From NCBI GenBank assembly GCA_951406725.2, contig OX597817.1, forward strand, positions 128,526,001-128,590,000: a DNA stretch of 64,000 nucleotides, given 5' to 3'. Below the pieces are notes generated by a model, which did not search any database, had not been told where the DNA came from, and worked only from the letters and a program-made list of their open reading frames with translations. Numbering within the stretch: position 1 is the stretch's first letter; every line of letters begins with the position of its first letter. The translations under genes and the position numbers were made by a program. This DNA is from Octopus vulgaris (Eukaryota). Shown piece by piece: positions 40,914-55,188 of this stretch.

Positions 40914-40958
40914 GGCCAGAGTTCTTTCGTCACATTTCTATGACCTCATCAGTGGTCC
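40914..40958 (-). ncRNA. Minimal type-I hammerhead ribozyme candidate, intact core
   Basis: GGACCA-CUGAUGA-G-GUCAU[AGAAAU]GUGAC-GAAA-GAAC-UC-UGGCC: full catalytic core, 5-bp stem II, CUC triplet, stem I CCA/UGG. Confidence 0.75.
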
Positions 40959-41684
40959 TTTGCTTTCTTTTTGTGTGTCTCTCCTTACTAACGATCTGTT
41001 ATTTTGTATTTCTGTTGTATGTGTCTTTATTTGCACAAACCTATATCCCTGTATGTGTCTATGTTCAGTATGTGCGTGCGTGGGGGGAATGTGCATGGTA
41101 CCTGCATTATCAGTGTCCTCTGTTTATTCACGTTTGTTTAATATACTTAATTTTATTCCTTTGTTTTATCTACTTACTTTTTCATTTCTTTTCTTTTGTA
41201 TAAATTTAATTCAATTTACTTCATTTTATTTTGTTTACATATATAATTATTTAATTCCTTTTATTTATCTGTGTATTGTATTAGTTTCATATTATTATCA
41301 CTTTAAGGATGATTCATGTTGCGTTTCATAAAATTCCGAAAAAGTAAAAACAAATCAATATAGAATCGAAAATAAACCACTATAAAATCTAAAATAAAGT
41401 TTAAATCTTGCATTTAATATATCTTCTCAGAAAATATGCTTTTTTCAAAATGCTACACAAATCTACATCCTTGCTACAAATGAACTTTTGATGCTAGCAA
41501 GAACTTCATTGATTGTTATACAGCTTGTGACCGTTAAATATTCTTAGTATTTCTGAATACAATTTGAGGAAACGTCAGTTTAGCTTATGGCTTTCTCTGA
41601 AAAGCTGAGCCCTATGAAAAATATCAGCTGTTTGTGTGCAGGACTCTGTCCTACAACTCTCATTTCGAAAAAATTTACACAAGT

Positions 41685-42048
41685 GCAGGCGTTATTAACA
41701 ACCACATGGTTGTGGGTTCAGACGCAAATTGCGTAGCACCTTGAGCAAGTGTCTTCTACTAAAGCCTCCAGTTGACCAAAGCCTTGTGAGTGGATTTGAT
41801 TGATGGAAACTAAAAGAAACTCGTCGTATATATATGTGAGCGTGTTTTCGTGTCTCTAATTGTCTCCTTCCACTGCTTGACAACCGCTGTTGGTGTGTTT
41901 ACCCTCCTGTAACGGTTTCGGCAAAAATAAACCGATAGAATAAGTGCCAGGCGTAACGAAAAACAAAAACAAGTCCTGGGATTGACACGCTCAGCTAAAA
42001 CCCTTTAAACCGGCTCTCCAGGATGAACGCCGTTAAACGACCGAAACA
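41685..42048 (+). mobile_element. Family-B SINE
   Basis: Same head, core and tail motifs as the other family-B copies. Confidence 0.82.
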
Positions 42049-42504
42049 AGTTTTTTAAAAAAGTTATGTAATAAGTTTTTAAAAAAGTTATGCAATAAGT
42101 GCTCAAGCTGAGTTTCTGCCAAAAACCGTCGATTTGAACTGCGTTTAAAACACAAAGCAGTGGTGTTATAGCTGTCTCACAATGAATGGCTATAGGCAGT
42201 TTTACATTGAGCAGGTACTTGTACAGCAGAATGAAAGAATCAACAGACAAACTGGATCGCATTAGATCATGCCATTTATATATTTAAACATAATTGCTAA
42301 ATTGCTACAATTGAGTAGATCGTGAGAAATAAGGAAGGTGTATAGGCACCGCCTTATTTCCTTATTTCTTATGATATATAAATATATATAAACACATAAA
42401 TACTAGTTGTTTGCTTGTCCATTCTTTCATTCTATTGTGCACACACACTCTCTCACAAACATATATATATAAAGAAATAATATATGTGTGTGTGTGTGTT
42501 TACG

Positions 42505-42561
<57 letters not shown>

Positions 42562-42633
42562 ACACACACATTTCATCCGGACCGCTGAAGTTTAAAATTT
42601 TTATATTCTCTGTCTGGTTATTTGCTCTTATTC

Positions 42634-42669
42634 CTTTCTGTTGAAGAGCGTAGGCTCGAAACGTAAAAG
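42634..42669 (+). ncRNA. Hammerhead-like motif (core CUGUUGA)
   Basis: CUUU-CUGUUGA-A-GAGC[GUAG]GCUC-GAAAC-GUA-AAAG; stem I covaries with the 15514 copy. Confidence 0.6.
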
Positions 42670-43559
42670 ACTTTTCCATTTTTCCCGAGCGTCAAACTAA
42701 CACACTTGCTTGTTGCTCATATACCTGTCTTCGACTTTTGTTTTTCTATAAATTTAAACTATATGTGTATGTGTGTATGTGGGGGGCTTGTATACATACA
42801 TATATACATACATAATAATACACACACACTATGGGCTACCTTTGGGTTTGTTTGAAAAAGAGTGATGAAGACGACAATTAATGAGTGAAAGGAATATGAA
42901 GTTAATAAATAGTATTATTAACATTTTACTCATCTTTCTTCAAAGATTTCTTTCAAAGAATTGTCGGGAAATACTGGAATAGTCCTCACAGTCCTTTTTT
43001 TAACATAATTGTAATCTATAACATCAAAAGGTATGAGGAAATAAACTTTGTGGGGGACACTTACGTAATTATTGAGAAGTATAAAATGTTAAAAAGCGCT
43101 ATCTCGCAGTGTGGGATAACTATGTTATAGGGATTATGAATTAACTTTGTGATTGTACCACGAAATTGAAATCTTTAATGATAAAAGATTTGGATGCCAA
43201 AGTTTGACAAAGAATATATATTAAAATGAGATTTATAAGAATTTACTATACCGTATAGACTTTAATGATAGCTTTCTATTACTAAATGAAATTCCATACT
43301 GATTAGTGAGCTGCTTCCTTGATCATGGTATAGACATTTTACTCTGAATCTGATCCCGTTCACGCTTTTTCAGCTCTTTCATAAATTCGAGTTGTGCAAT
43401 GTATGTATATATATAAAGGATCGTTTGTAGAAATATATAAATCTGAAGGAGAAGCAACCTCTAAGGTGTATATATATATGTGTGTGTGTGTATGTATGTG
43501 TAAGTGAGTGAGTGTAATTACACGTACATATATATGTATATATATGTGTGTATATATAT

Positions 43560-44048
43560 AATCAAAATACGCAACAGGATATCAAGAGGTGATGAAGTAC
43601 GACTGTTTCAAGCGGCCCCACTTAATTGAACAATGCAATCATTACGTCAATTTAAATGCAGGGCTATCCTCAGCTGCATAAATAAATAGAATTTTTTAAT
43701 CACTTGGACACATTAATATAATTTTACTTAAATTCTCTACATTAGTAGCAACATGGACATTTTCCCGCTTCTAGCACTATTAGAGGATTTAAGTAAAATT
43801 ATATTAATGTGTCCAACTGATTAAAAATTCTATTTATTTTTTAATCAGTTGAGGATAACCCTGCATTTAAATTGACGTAATGATTGCATTGTTCAATTAA
43901 ATGGAATTGCTTGAAACGGTCGTACTGCATCACTTCTTGATATCCTGTTGCTTATTTTGATTTTATTCACCTTACTTTGAATTCTACAGACAATAGCGCA
44001 CTGACTTGGTGATTCAACTTAAGTGCCCAATTCAACTGAATCTCAATT
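43560..44048. mobile_element. Penelope-like fold-back end: ~180-bp inverted arms, each with a long-stem-II hammerhead-like motif
   Basis: 43560-43739 is the inverse of 43781-43962; consensus AUGCAG-CUGAGGA...GAAAC-NGUC-GUA-CUGCAU; both ends abut (TA)n. Confidence 0.7.
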
Positions 44049-44058
44049 TATATATATA

Positions 44059-44130
44059 CTAGCAGAGATACCCGGCGTTGCCCGGTTACATTCAATAGAA
44101 GAATTAGACTTTTCTGTTCTATATATATGG

Positions 44131-44165
<35 letters not shown>

Positions 44166-46801
44166 TATATGTATATTAATATAAATACATGAAAGTACAT
44201 GAAGTTTGTTAAAAGAAAGGGGATCATGTATATACCTCCTGGCTGTTGAGATTATAACACCTCGTTGTAAACAATGTTCCTTGTTTTTCCTTGTGGAGCA
44301 TATACGAAAAGGTTTCTTTTGGTTCCTACTCTTGAGCAGCCAACATACAGTTGCCTGTGCGAGAAGCAGGGTTCTTCCAAGAGAAGACCAGCTACAGAGA
44401 GGGTTTGACCCTGAGATTTGTTAATGGACATGGCAAAGCTAACACAAAGGGGGAATTGCAGTCTTCTGAATCTAAATGGAATTTCTGCTCCTGGTGGAGT
44501 AAGAGGAAATCTTGTAATAAAGACGTCATCACCTTTTCCACATCCAGAAAGAATGAACGCCTCGATAACGTGTAATATCATTTTCTTTATCACCAGTCGT
44601 GTTCCATTGCAAAGTCTTGGTGGTTCCAGATTGCGGAGTAGCATTACAGGAGTTCCAACTTTAAGTGGTAATATGTGTGGAGGTATTCGAGGAGGCTCCA
44701 GTGAATTGAGAAATTCAGGAGGATAGTTCACAACTTCATTTATATCTGGAATTGTAACAACAGACTTGTAAGTGTGTATAGTGCCGGGAAGAGAATGCAT
44801 TAGCTGTTGATTAATTTTGTTAACAGCGACGTTTTTTGGAGCTAATATTGCTCTTTCACACAGCCAATTGTGATTTTGGTAGTTTTGTATGAAGTTGGGA
44901 AATACTTTGTTTTTGAGGTCATCTACAGAATTAACAACAGAGGAAAATGACCACACTTCCATTTGTCCTGCAGCATCGAGAAGCATCATGCATTCACCAA
45001 GTGTCAAAATGTCCTGTGCAAACTTTGTGGACATTTTGTCGCCGTGTAGCTGAGCTCTCATGTTAGTGGTAAGACTAAAGATTGTAACATGATGCCACAG
45101 GGTAGAGGACTTTAGGCATGCTTGAACTTCATCAGCTCTAGTGCCTTTCGGAATGACAGGAAGAGTTTGGCTGAAATCACCTGACAACAGAAGCGTTGCA
45201 CCTCCCACTGGAGCCTGACAGTCTCGGATGTCTTTCAGGGCTCTATCTAATGCTTCCAAAGCTCCCCTGTGAGCCATAGTGCACTCATCCCAGACAATTA
45301 CATAACACATTTTAAGTACTTGTCCCTGATCTGAGCTTTTGTTGATGTTGTATGAAGGCATTTCGGATACTGCTAAATTGAGAGGGAGTTTAAAAGTTGA
45401 GTGTGCTGTCCTGCCACCGGGTAACAAAGTAGTTGCAATGCCAGAGGAGGCTACAGCTACTGCAATGTCCTGATGCTACCTAACTTCTGCAAGGAGAAGC
45501 TTTGTAATAAATGTTTTTCCTATCCCTCCAGGAGCATTGAGGAAGAAGCTTCGTCCCTCGCGTTGGCGTACACTGTTAAGAATACTTCTGTAGGCCTGCA
45601 GCTGGTCCGGAAGTAATTTAGGCTCATTTTCAACTATGTACTTTGAAAGCGCTTGAGTGTCGTAGGTTGTTTCACGAATGACAGCAGTGGGAAGGCTATT
45701 TGACCCTGACCTGAATTCTTGTGGCAAGCCATACGTCGACAATTCATTTCCACCCAGTTTAGCAATTCTGTCTTCAACGTCAATGAGTGTTTTGTTAAAG
45801 ATTTCATTGCTGATACCCTCCATGTCAGGATAGAGCAGTTGAGCTTGGCGCTGAAGGGGACAATGTTTTTGAGATTCCGGTTCGAATGTAAGGCAGGTTT
45901 GAAAGTGTTCCCAACAGTTATTAGTTGTAGTGGTAGAGTGTTTATGCCGAATATGTACGTATGCATGTATATATATGTATGTATGCCTGTATATATGTAC
46001 AAAATCCACTGAGAAGGCTTTTGTTGGTCTGAAGCTACAGCAGAAGACACATGCCAAGTCACCACACAGTGGGACTGAACCCAGGACCATGTATTTGGAA
46101 CGTAGTTTGTTACCACACAGCCACACCTGCCCCTTTGTATGTGTGTGTGTGCGTGTGTGCGTATGTGTGTATGGATAGATATATTATGCATGTATATATG
46201 TGTACATATATGTGTACATATTACATGTACATCTATATATATACATCTACACATAAAATACAAAATACAAAGTTATATCTTGATATCGCTAGTGATAACA
46301 ATACTCAAAATATATAACAGACTGGAATTGTAGGCCCGTCTCTTGCAATTTCGATCAATTGGATCTTGTCCTCCCTCTTGTATAGAAGTGTACGGCTGCA
46401 GCGAAATTCATTTTTGGACTTTCTTCTATCGAAGGCATTTTAACAAAAATGCTTCCGTAAAGACGGTGAAAATATTGTCAATTTCCCCAAACAGGGACAT
46501 AATTCAATTTTTAAACAATAACCAAAGCCCCTTCTCCGAAAGGGGGAGGGTTACAGTTTACAATTATTTAACAAATGCAACACAACAACGTTTCCCTGAT
46601 GAGGAACCAACAAACGTGATTACAATAGCGATATCAAGATATAACTTTGTATTTTGTATTTTATGTGTAGATGTATATATATAGATGTACATGTAATAAT
46701 AATAACAACAAACCTTTTTAATTCATCCCCATTTATGTGAAACCACTTGTTAAAGTTCAAGTCATTGATGCAATTTTATACGAATTGCTAGTACACACAC
46801 A

Positions 46802-46839
<38 letters not shown>

Positions 46840-47263
46840 ATAAGGGTGAAAAATTGAATATTAATTTGATTAATATGAATTGAAAACCAGTGGTGTAGCA
46901 TATAAGACCATAGCGGATCTTCCTCTAGTAATAAGGATGACCACTATTAATGGCTCATCCCTGTTATATAATACTTTCACTTTAATAGTTTCACACTTGC
47001 AAAGAGAAAGTAGGAGAAAGTGTGGTGGTAATAGCAGGAGTAAACCACTTGAAATGAGAGAGGCAAATCGTAAAATATTGAGTTTTCTCGAATTTTTGCT
47101 TAATTGGGGGTCAAATTGAAAAAAACTTTATATGCCATGACCCAATGGAATCTACTTGGAAAAATCATAGGTAAATTCCAATTGAAGAAATTCTATATTG
47201 TAGAATTGTATTAAAAAGGAACATGGGAACAGGCAGAGAAAATCTGCCTTTTATCATAAGAGA
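44059..47263 (-). mobile_element. Internally deleted Helitron (rolling-circle transposon)
   Basis: Minus-strand 3' end: hairpin ACCGGGCAACGCCGGGT, then ATCTCTG-CTAG followed by T (CTAG at 44059-44062). Candidate 5' end A|TCTCTTATGATAAAAGGCAGA at 47263 with hairpin AGGCAGA/TCTGCCT. Encloses a PIF1 helicase. The 5' end is less certain than the 3' end. Confidence 0.8.
44252..45860 (-). pseudogene. Helitron PIF1-like helicase domain, one in-frame stop, Rep domain absent
   Basis: Walker A LNAPGGIGKT, ASSGIATTLLPGGRTAHS, WDECTM, GDFSQTLPV, NGTRL, FAMSINKSQGQT, QLYVGCSRV, TRNIVYNEVL*. The two track ORFs share a frame and are split by a TAG at 45476-45478. Confidence 0.92.
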
Positions 47264-47549
47264 TATGTGTGTGTATGTATGTGTGTTTGTGTGTGGTGTG
47301 CGTGTGTATATGTGTGCGTGTGTGTATGTATATCTATATCTTTATTTGATTATCTCTCTACCACCGCTTGACAAGCGGTGTTGGTGTGTTTGCATCACCG
47401 TAACTTAGGGGTTCAGCAAAAGAGACCAATAAAATAAGTACTGAGGTCAAATCATTCGGCTAAAAGTTTAAAGCAGCACCCCAGCGTGGCCACAGTCTAA
47501 TGACCGAAACAAGTAAAAGATATATGTAAATACATACATAATTATACAT

Positions 47550-47795
47550 GCAATAGGTGTATTCCTGATCACAAGATATCGATTTAGATTTCCTGACCAG
47601 CGACGCGTTGTGCTATTTGGGTAAAAGTCATCGTGTCACGTTGCTCAGACCCACTCACTTCTAGATGAGTATCTCTGTCATATACTGGCCTTCCGGGTGG
47701 GGAATGTCGGCCTGCCTGCCTAGCCAGTGGGGTGGCATCATTCGGAAGCTACCACAATGCGTGGCAGTGCATTGTAACTAGCGGTGTTTAACAAT
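47550..47795 (+). mobile_element. Degenerate SINE with family-C-like core and a different tail
   Basis: TCACGTTGCTCAGACCCACTCA core similarity. Confidence 0.45.
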
Positions 47796-47853
47796 ATATA
47801 TCTTTTTGTCTCCTCAATACAGTGATATATCTATACCTATCTATCGATCTATA

Positions 47854-47896
<43 letters not shown>

Positions 47897-47897
47897 A

Positions 47898-47960
<63 letters not shown>

Positions 47961-48140
47961 ATATATATATATATGTATATATATAAATATATATGTATGT
48001 ATTTATAACGTAAAGTATACAAGCCATCTCAATATGGCTAACCACTAAGGGTGGGTGTTCCTGTAGCTTTTAGCCCCAGGAGATCATCGCCTCCAGCTGG
48101 CTTTAGGCACACTTTCTGTGCCCTATATATATGTATGTAT

Positions 48141-48220
<80 letters not shown>

Positions 48221-48610
48221 TAATCCAAACAGAAAACAAAAAAGACAACAACGCAAGGATATATATATATATATATGTATGGGTACAGTACGTTACCAAC
48301 AGTAAACAAAATATGCACATATATAAACATATGTGTATATATACATTATAAATATATAAATATATGTCCTTTTTCTTTACTCTTACCTGTTTACTTGTTT
48401 CAGCGATTAAATTGCGCTCATGCTGAGGCACCGCCTTGAGGAACTTCAGTCGAATTGACCCAAGTTCCTTTTGAAGCTTCATACGTATGATATCGAACAA
48501 CTAAGTTTGCAGGGGTATAAATAAGCCGAGCCAACACCCCATCCCATATATATATGTATGTGTGTGTGTGTGTCTGTGTGTGTGTGTTTCTATTAAATTA
48601 TATGTGTGTA

Positions 48611-49030
48611 TCTATTATATAAAATCCGTTCTGTCTGTCTGTGTGTGTGTCTTCTAGGATTTGGGGCATCCTCCATCCGATAGCGCTCAAATTTGATATG
48701 TGGATACCGACCTAAAGGCGGTGAGCTGGCAGAAGCGTTAGTACGCCGTGCGAAATGCTTTGCGGTATTTCGTCTGCCGTTACGTTCTGAGTTCAAATTC
48801 CGCCGAGGTCGACTTTGCCTTTCATCCTTTCGGGGTCGATAAATTAAGTACCAGTTACGCACTGGGGCCGATGTAATCGACTTAATACCTATGTCTGTCC
48901 TTGTTTGTCCCCTCTATGCTTAGCCCCTTGTGGGTAATAAAGAAATAGGTATCAGGGTGTGTATAAGTCTCGAAAAAATTACGAAAGTAGATTCCAGGTG
49001 AAAATGCGATCGATAAAGCTGTTTTTGTCT
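48611..49030 (+). mobile_element. Possible non-autonomous Helitron-like 5' end, interrupted by a SINE
   Basis: A|TCTATTATATAAAATCCG, then (CTGT)n and CCGATAGCGCTCAAATTTG, a layout typical of Helitron-associated short elements; no 3' CTAG hairpin found. Confidence 0.4.
48716..48948 (+). mobile_element. Family-A SINE monomer (tail 1)
   Basis: Full head and core, tail ending CCCCTTGTGGGTAATAAAGAAATA. Confidence 0.9.
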
Positions 49031-49285
49031 TGCTTTTCTTCCGTCAACCTGTACTTAACTGCACCTTCCATTTTTGTTGTTTTTGTACTGCTTAAAGGCA
49101 CGTTTCTTTCCTGCCAAGCTTACTGTTTAAACCATGTTTGTGTTCTCCCGGTCAACGGCCTTATCATTACTGGTACTTTAAACACTTCGGTTGCATATTT
49201 GTGTGAATTAAATCGTTTTTCTTTGGAATAGAAAAAAGTCTATCTTTATTTCTTCTTTTGCTGGTCTCTCAAATTTAGGTTAAAT

Positions 49286-49345
49286 CAGTGTTTCTCAAAG
49301 GAGAGGCCTGTGGGACGGTCGGACTAGTTGTTTTGAGAAAATTTG
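49286..49345. mobile_element. 60-bp hAT-type mini-MITE
   Basis: CAGTGTTTCTCAAA / TTTGAGAAAATTTG; flanks GGTTAAAT / GTTTAAGT (6 of 8). Confidence 0.45.
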
Positions 49346-50039
49346 GTTTAAGTGTTTGACAACTTGGACGGGGGGCGTTTTGCTCGTATACATATAGAGA
49401 GAAAGATATTTTCTATTTAGTGAGTGATTGATTGAGAAATAAGCAGGTAAATAAGTAGGTAGGTTGTCACTTAACTATATCGATGCTGTGAATGCACTCG
49501 AAAATCTTTTGATAATTTCAAATGTATATTTACATTTACCAAAAAAATATTAAAAAATAAATAAATAAAATGAAACAAAACACAAATTAACTGAAGCCTT
49601 GTATGCTTTGAATTTAAGAAAACTTACCTGAAAACAAACAAATTAAAAATACCAACAACAGTAAACTTTCAAAGAAAAACTTACCTGAAAACAAACAAAT
49701 TAAAAATACCAACAACAGTAAACTTTCAAAGAAAAACAAAACAGGTGAAAAAATAAGACTAACACAATTTTGTAATTTGTAAATATCAAAAGAGCTTTTA
49801 ATAAGGAAGACAAAGTTTGGTCGTAGTTTTTTTTTATAATTGCGATCGTTGGATCAGCATATTGAATAAAAAATTTATAAAATAATTCGTTCTTGTTCAC
49901 CTTGTGTGTGTGTGTGTTTGAGAAAAAGAGAGAGAAAGAAAGAGGGAGTGTGAGTGTGCGTGCGTGGTTAATATTTGTTACTTTTGATATACAGTTCGCA
50001 CTTTGAGAGTTTTATGTTTTATCATAAAATATATAAAAT

Positions 50040-50162
50040 AATGATGATGATGATCATGATCATGATTAGGATTATGATGGCCATTATAGCGATGATGGTG
50101 ACGGTGCTGATGATAGGCGATGGTAATGATGATGATCATGATGATGATGATGATGATGATCA

Positions 50163-50194
<32 letters not shown>

Positions 50195-50301
50195 ATGGTG
50201 GGGGCGATGATAACGTCGATGACGACGAAGATAGTGATAAGGATGACATTGATGATGATGATGATGATGATGGTAATGATGATAACGATGATGATGATGA
50301 T

Positions 50302-50333
<32 letters not shown>

Positions 50334-50465
50334 TTGATGATGATTATGTTGATGATGATGACGACGATGGTGATGATGCTGATGAAGATGACGACGATGG
50401 TGATGTTGATGGAGGTGATGACGATGATGGAGGTGATGACGATGATGGAGATGAATGATGATGAG
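50040..50465. repeat. (GAT)n-rich tract
   Basis: Direct reading. Confidence 0.95.
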
Positions 50466-51099
50466 TACAAGGCAAAAAATCTTGATTAAATCAACGTTTG
50501 TAATTGATTTTGTCTATCCCCAGAAGGAGTAAATGCAGAGTTGACATCTGCAGGATTTGAACTCAAAACCTATTCACTTCAAGGCACATATATTTTAGGA
50601 GAAAGGATCATAAAAGAGAACGAACAAATATGGCCGGGCCAATTCTTGCCCTGTCTCAGCTTTTATACCAAAATAATTTCTAATATAGGCACAAGTCGTT
50701 GATGGTGATGATAATGATGATGATGTGTTGTTGTTGTTGGTGGTGGTGGTAGTGGTGATGACAATGTTGATAATGATGATGATGATGAGCAGGAGGAGGA
50801 GGAGACAGATGTTGGTAGCGTATGTTTTCAATTAGAACAACGTTCATACGCATAGATTCGCGAGTGCACTTATACAAAAATAAATGTATATACACATACA
50901 TACATAAATGCATACATAGAAAATTTCATACATACAGATATAAGATATATATATATATATAAAGTTCATTGTATATGGTATATATATCATACACACATTC
51001 GCATACACACACACATGAACATACATCTCCACATGGACATACAAATTACAATGTATAAAAAAGTATAATAAATATATATTCCATATTCTACATATATAT

Positions 51100-51330
51100 A
51101 TTTCTTTACTACCCACAAGGGGTTAAACGCAGATGGGACAAACGAGGACAGGCAAACGGATTAAGTCGATTATATCGACCCCAGTGCGTAACTGGTACTT
51201 AATTTATCGACCCCGAAAGGATGAAAGGCAAAGTCGACCACGGCGGAATTTGAACCCAGAACGTAACGGCAGACGAAATACGGCTACGCATTTCGCCCGG
51301 CGTGCTAACGTTTCTGCCAGCTCACCGCCA
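51100..51330 (-). mobile_element. Family-A SINE monomer (tail 1) with TSD
   Basis: Full copy flanked by TATTCTACATATATA on both sides. Confidence 0.9.
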
Positions 51331-51539
51331 TATTATTCTACATATATAAATACATATCGATATTCTTATATACAAACAAACTTGTCAAAGTTCACTTTCA
51401 GTATCACCCATAGTTCAGCTGTTTGGCTGAGTAAAATTTTCCCCCATACTGACTGAGATCATTAGAAGACGGTAAAAGCATTGTTAGTTTTATACAGATA
51501 GCGAAAGAAAACATGTCAGCAACACAAACGGACGAACGC

Positions 51540-54050
<2,511 letters not shown>

Positions 54051-54207
54051 ACGCAGACATATATATTGTTATACGAGAGATTTCCCCATCCCTGTCTACC
54101 AAACTGCAACACAAACAAAAAAAAAATGGAACTAAATAATAACACGAAAATATCAAAACAAACCCACTGGTCGCCAAATTAATTCAATGATTAACGAACA
54201 TCTTAGC

Positions 54208-55084
54208 TTAAGAAAGTAAATTTGAAAAGTCCATAAAATCATCTTCGTCAGCTGGGAATGGGTCGCAAGTGGAGCTGCATGAATCCGAATAGAGGCTGGA
54301 AGAGGGTGAAGCGCTGCGGTCTGAATTTGGACGGGGCGATAAACGTGCAGCTGTTTTGGCTGTTGTGTCAACGTTCGAAGCTGTAACTGCCACTGCAGCC
54401 GCTGCACATGCTTGCAATTCTTTGATGTTCATGAAGTCCTTTCCATGTTGCAATAGTTCCTGTAGTCGTTTGATATACTGCACAGCTGCACGTAATGTTT
54501 CCACTTTACTCATCTTCTTGTTCTTACGGCCGCTTGGCACATGTTCCCGGAGGGTTTCGAATCCCAGATTGACCAGTTTGACACGGTTCCTCTCACGCTC
54601 GTTGCGCCGGGCCACTGCAGCTGGTTGTGCACGCGGCATTGTAAACCCAAGATCTGAAAAATCAATTCGTCTTTTGCAGCGTAAAAGTTCAGTCTGGTGT
54701 TGTTGTTTGTGTTGTTGTTGTTGTTGTTGTTGCTGCTGTTGGTGAAAACGAGGAATCTGTTGTTGCTGATATACGTGTGGTTGTTGTTGTTGTTGCTGTT
54801 GTAGATGCAACTGATGATGTTGATGATGTTCGCTGCATTTTGTACCGTTGTTCGAGGAAGCGATATGAGATCGAACCCTATCGTTTCCATTTAAGACGGT
54901 ATGTGTAGAAATAGTTACCGGGTCGGTGTTAAGAGTAAAATAACTGTCGTTGCTACTGTTTTTGATGTTGGTGGTGGTGGTGATGATGCTGTTCTTTTTG
55001 TTTGTGAGAGTAGTTACAGTGGTGTTGTTATTGTTGTTATCGTTGTTGTTTTGGAGGGTGTTGGCGGTGATAGCAGGGGTGGTG

Positions 55085-55128
<44 letters not shown>

Positions 55129-55151
55129 GTTGTTGTTGTTGTTGTTGTTAC

Positions 55152-55188
<37 letters not shown>

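Noticed and set aside
49975-50489. Asp-rich ORF resembling an acidic biomineral protein
   Set aside because: (GAT)n tract with frame breaks and no supporting gene structure.
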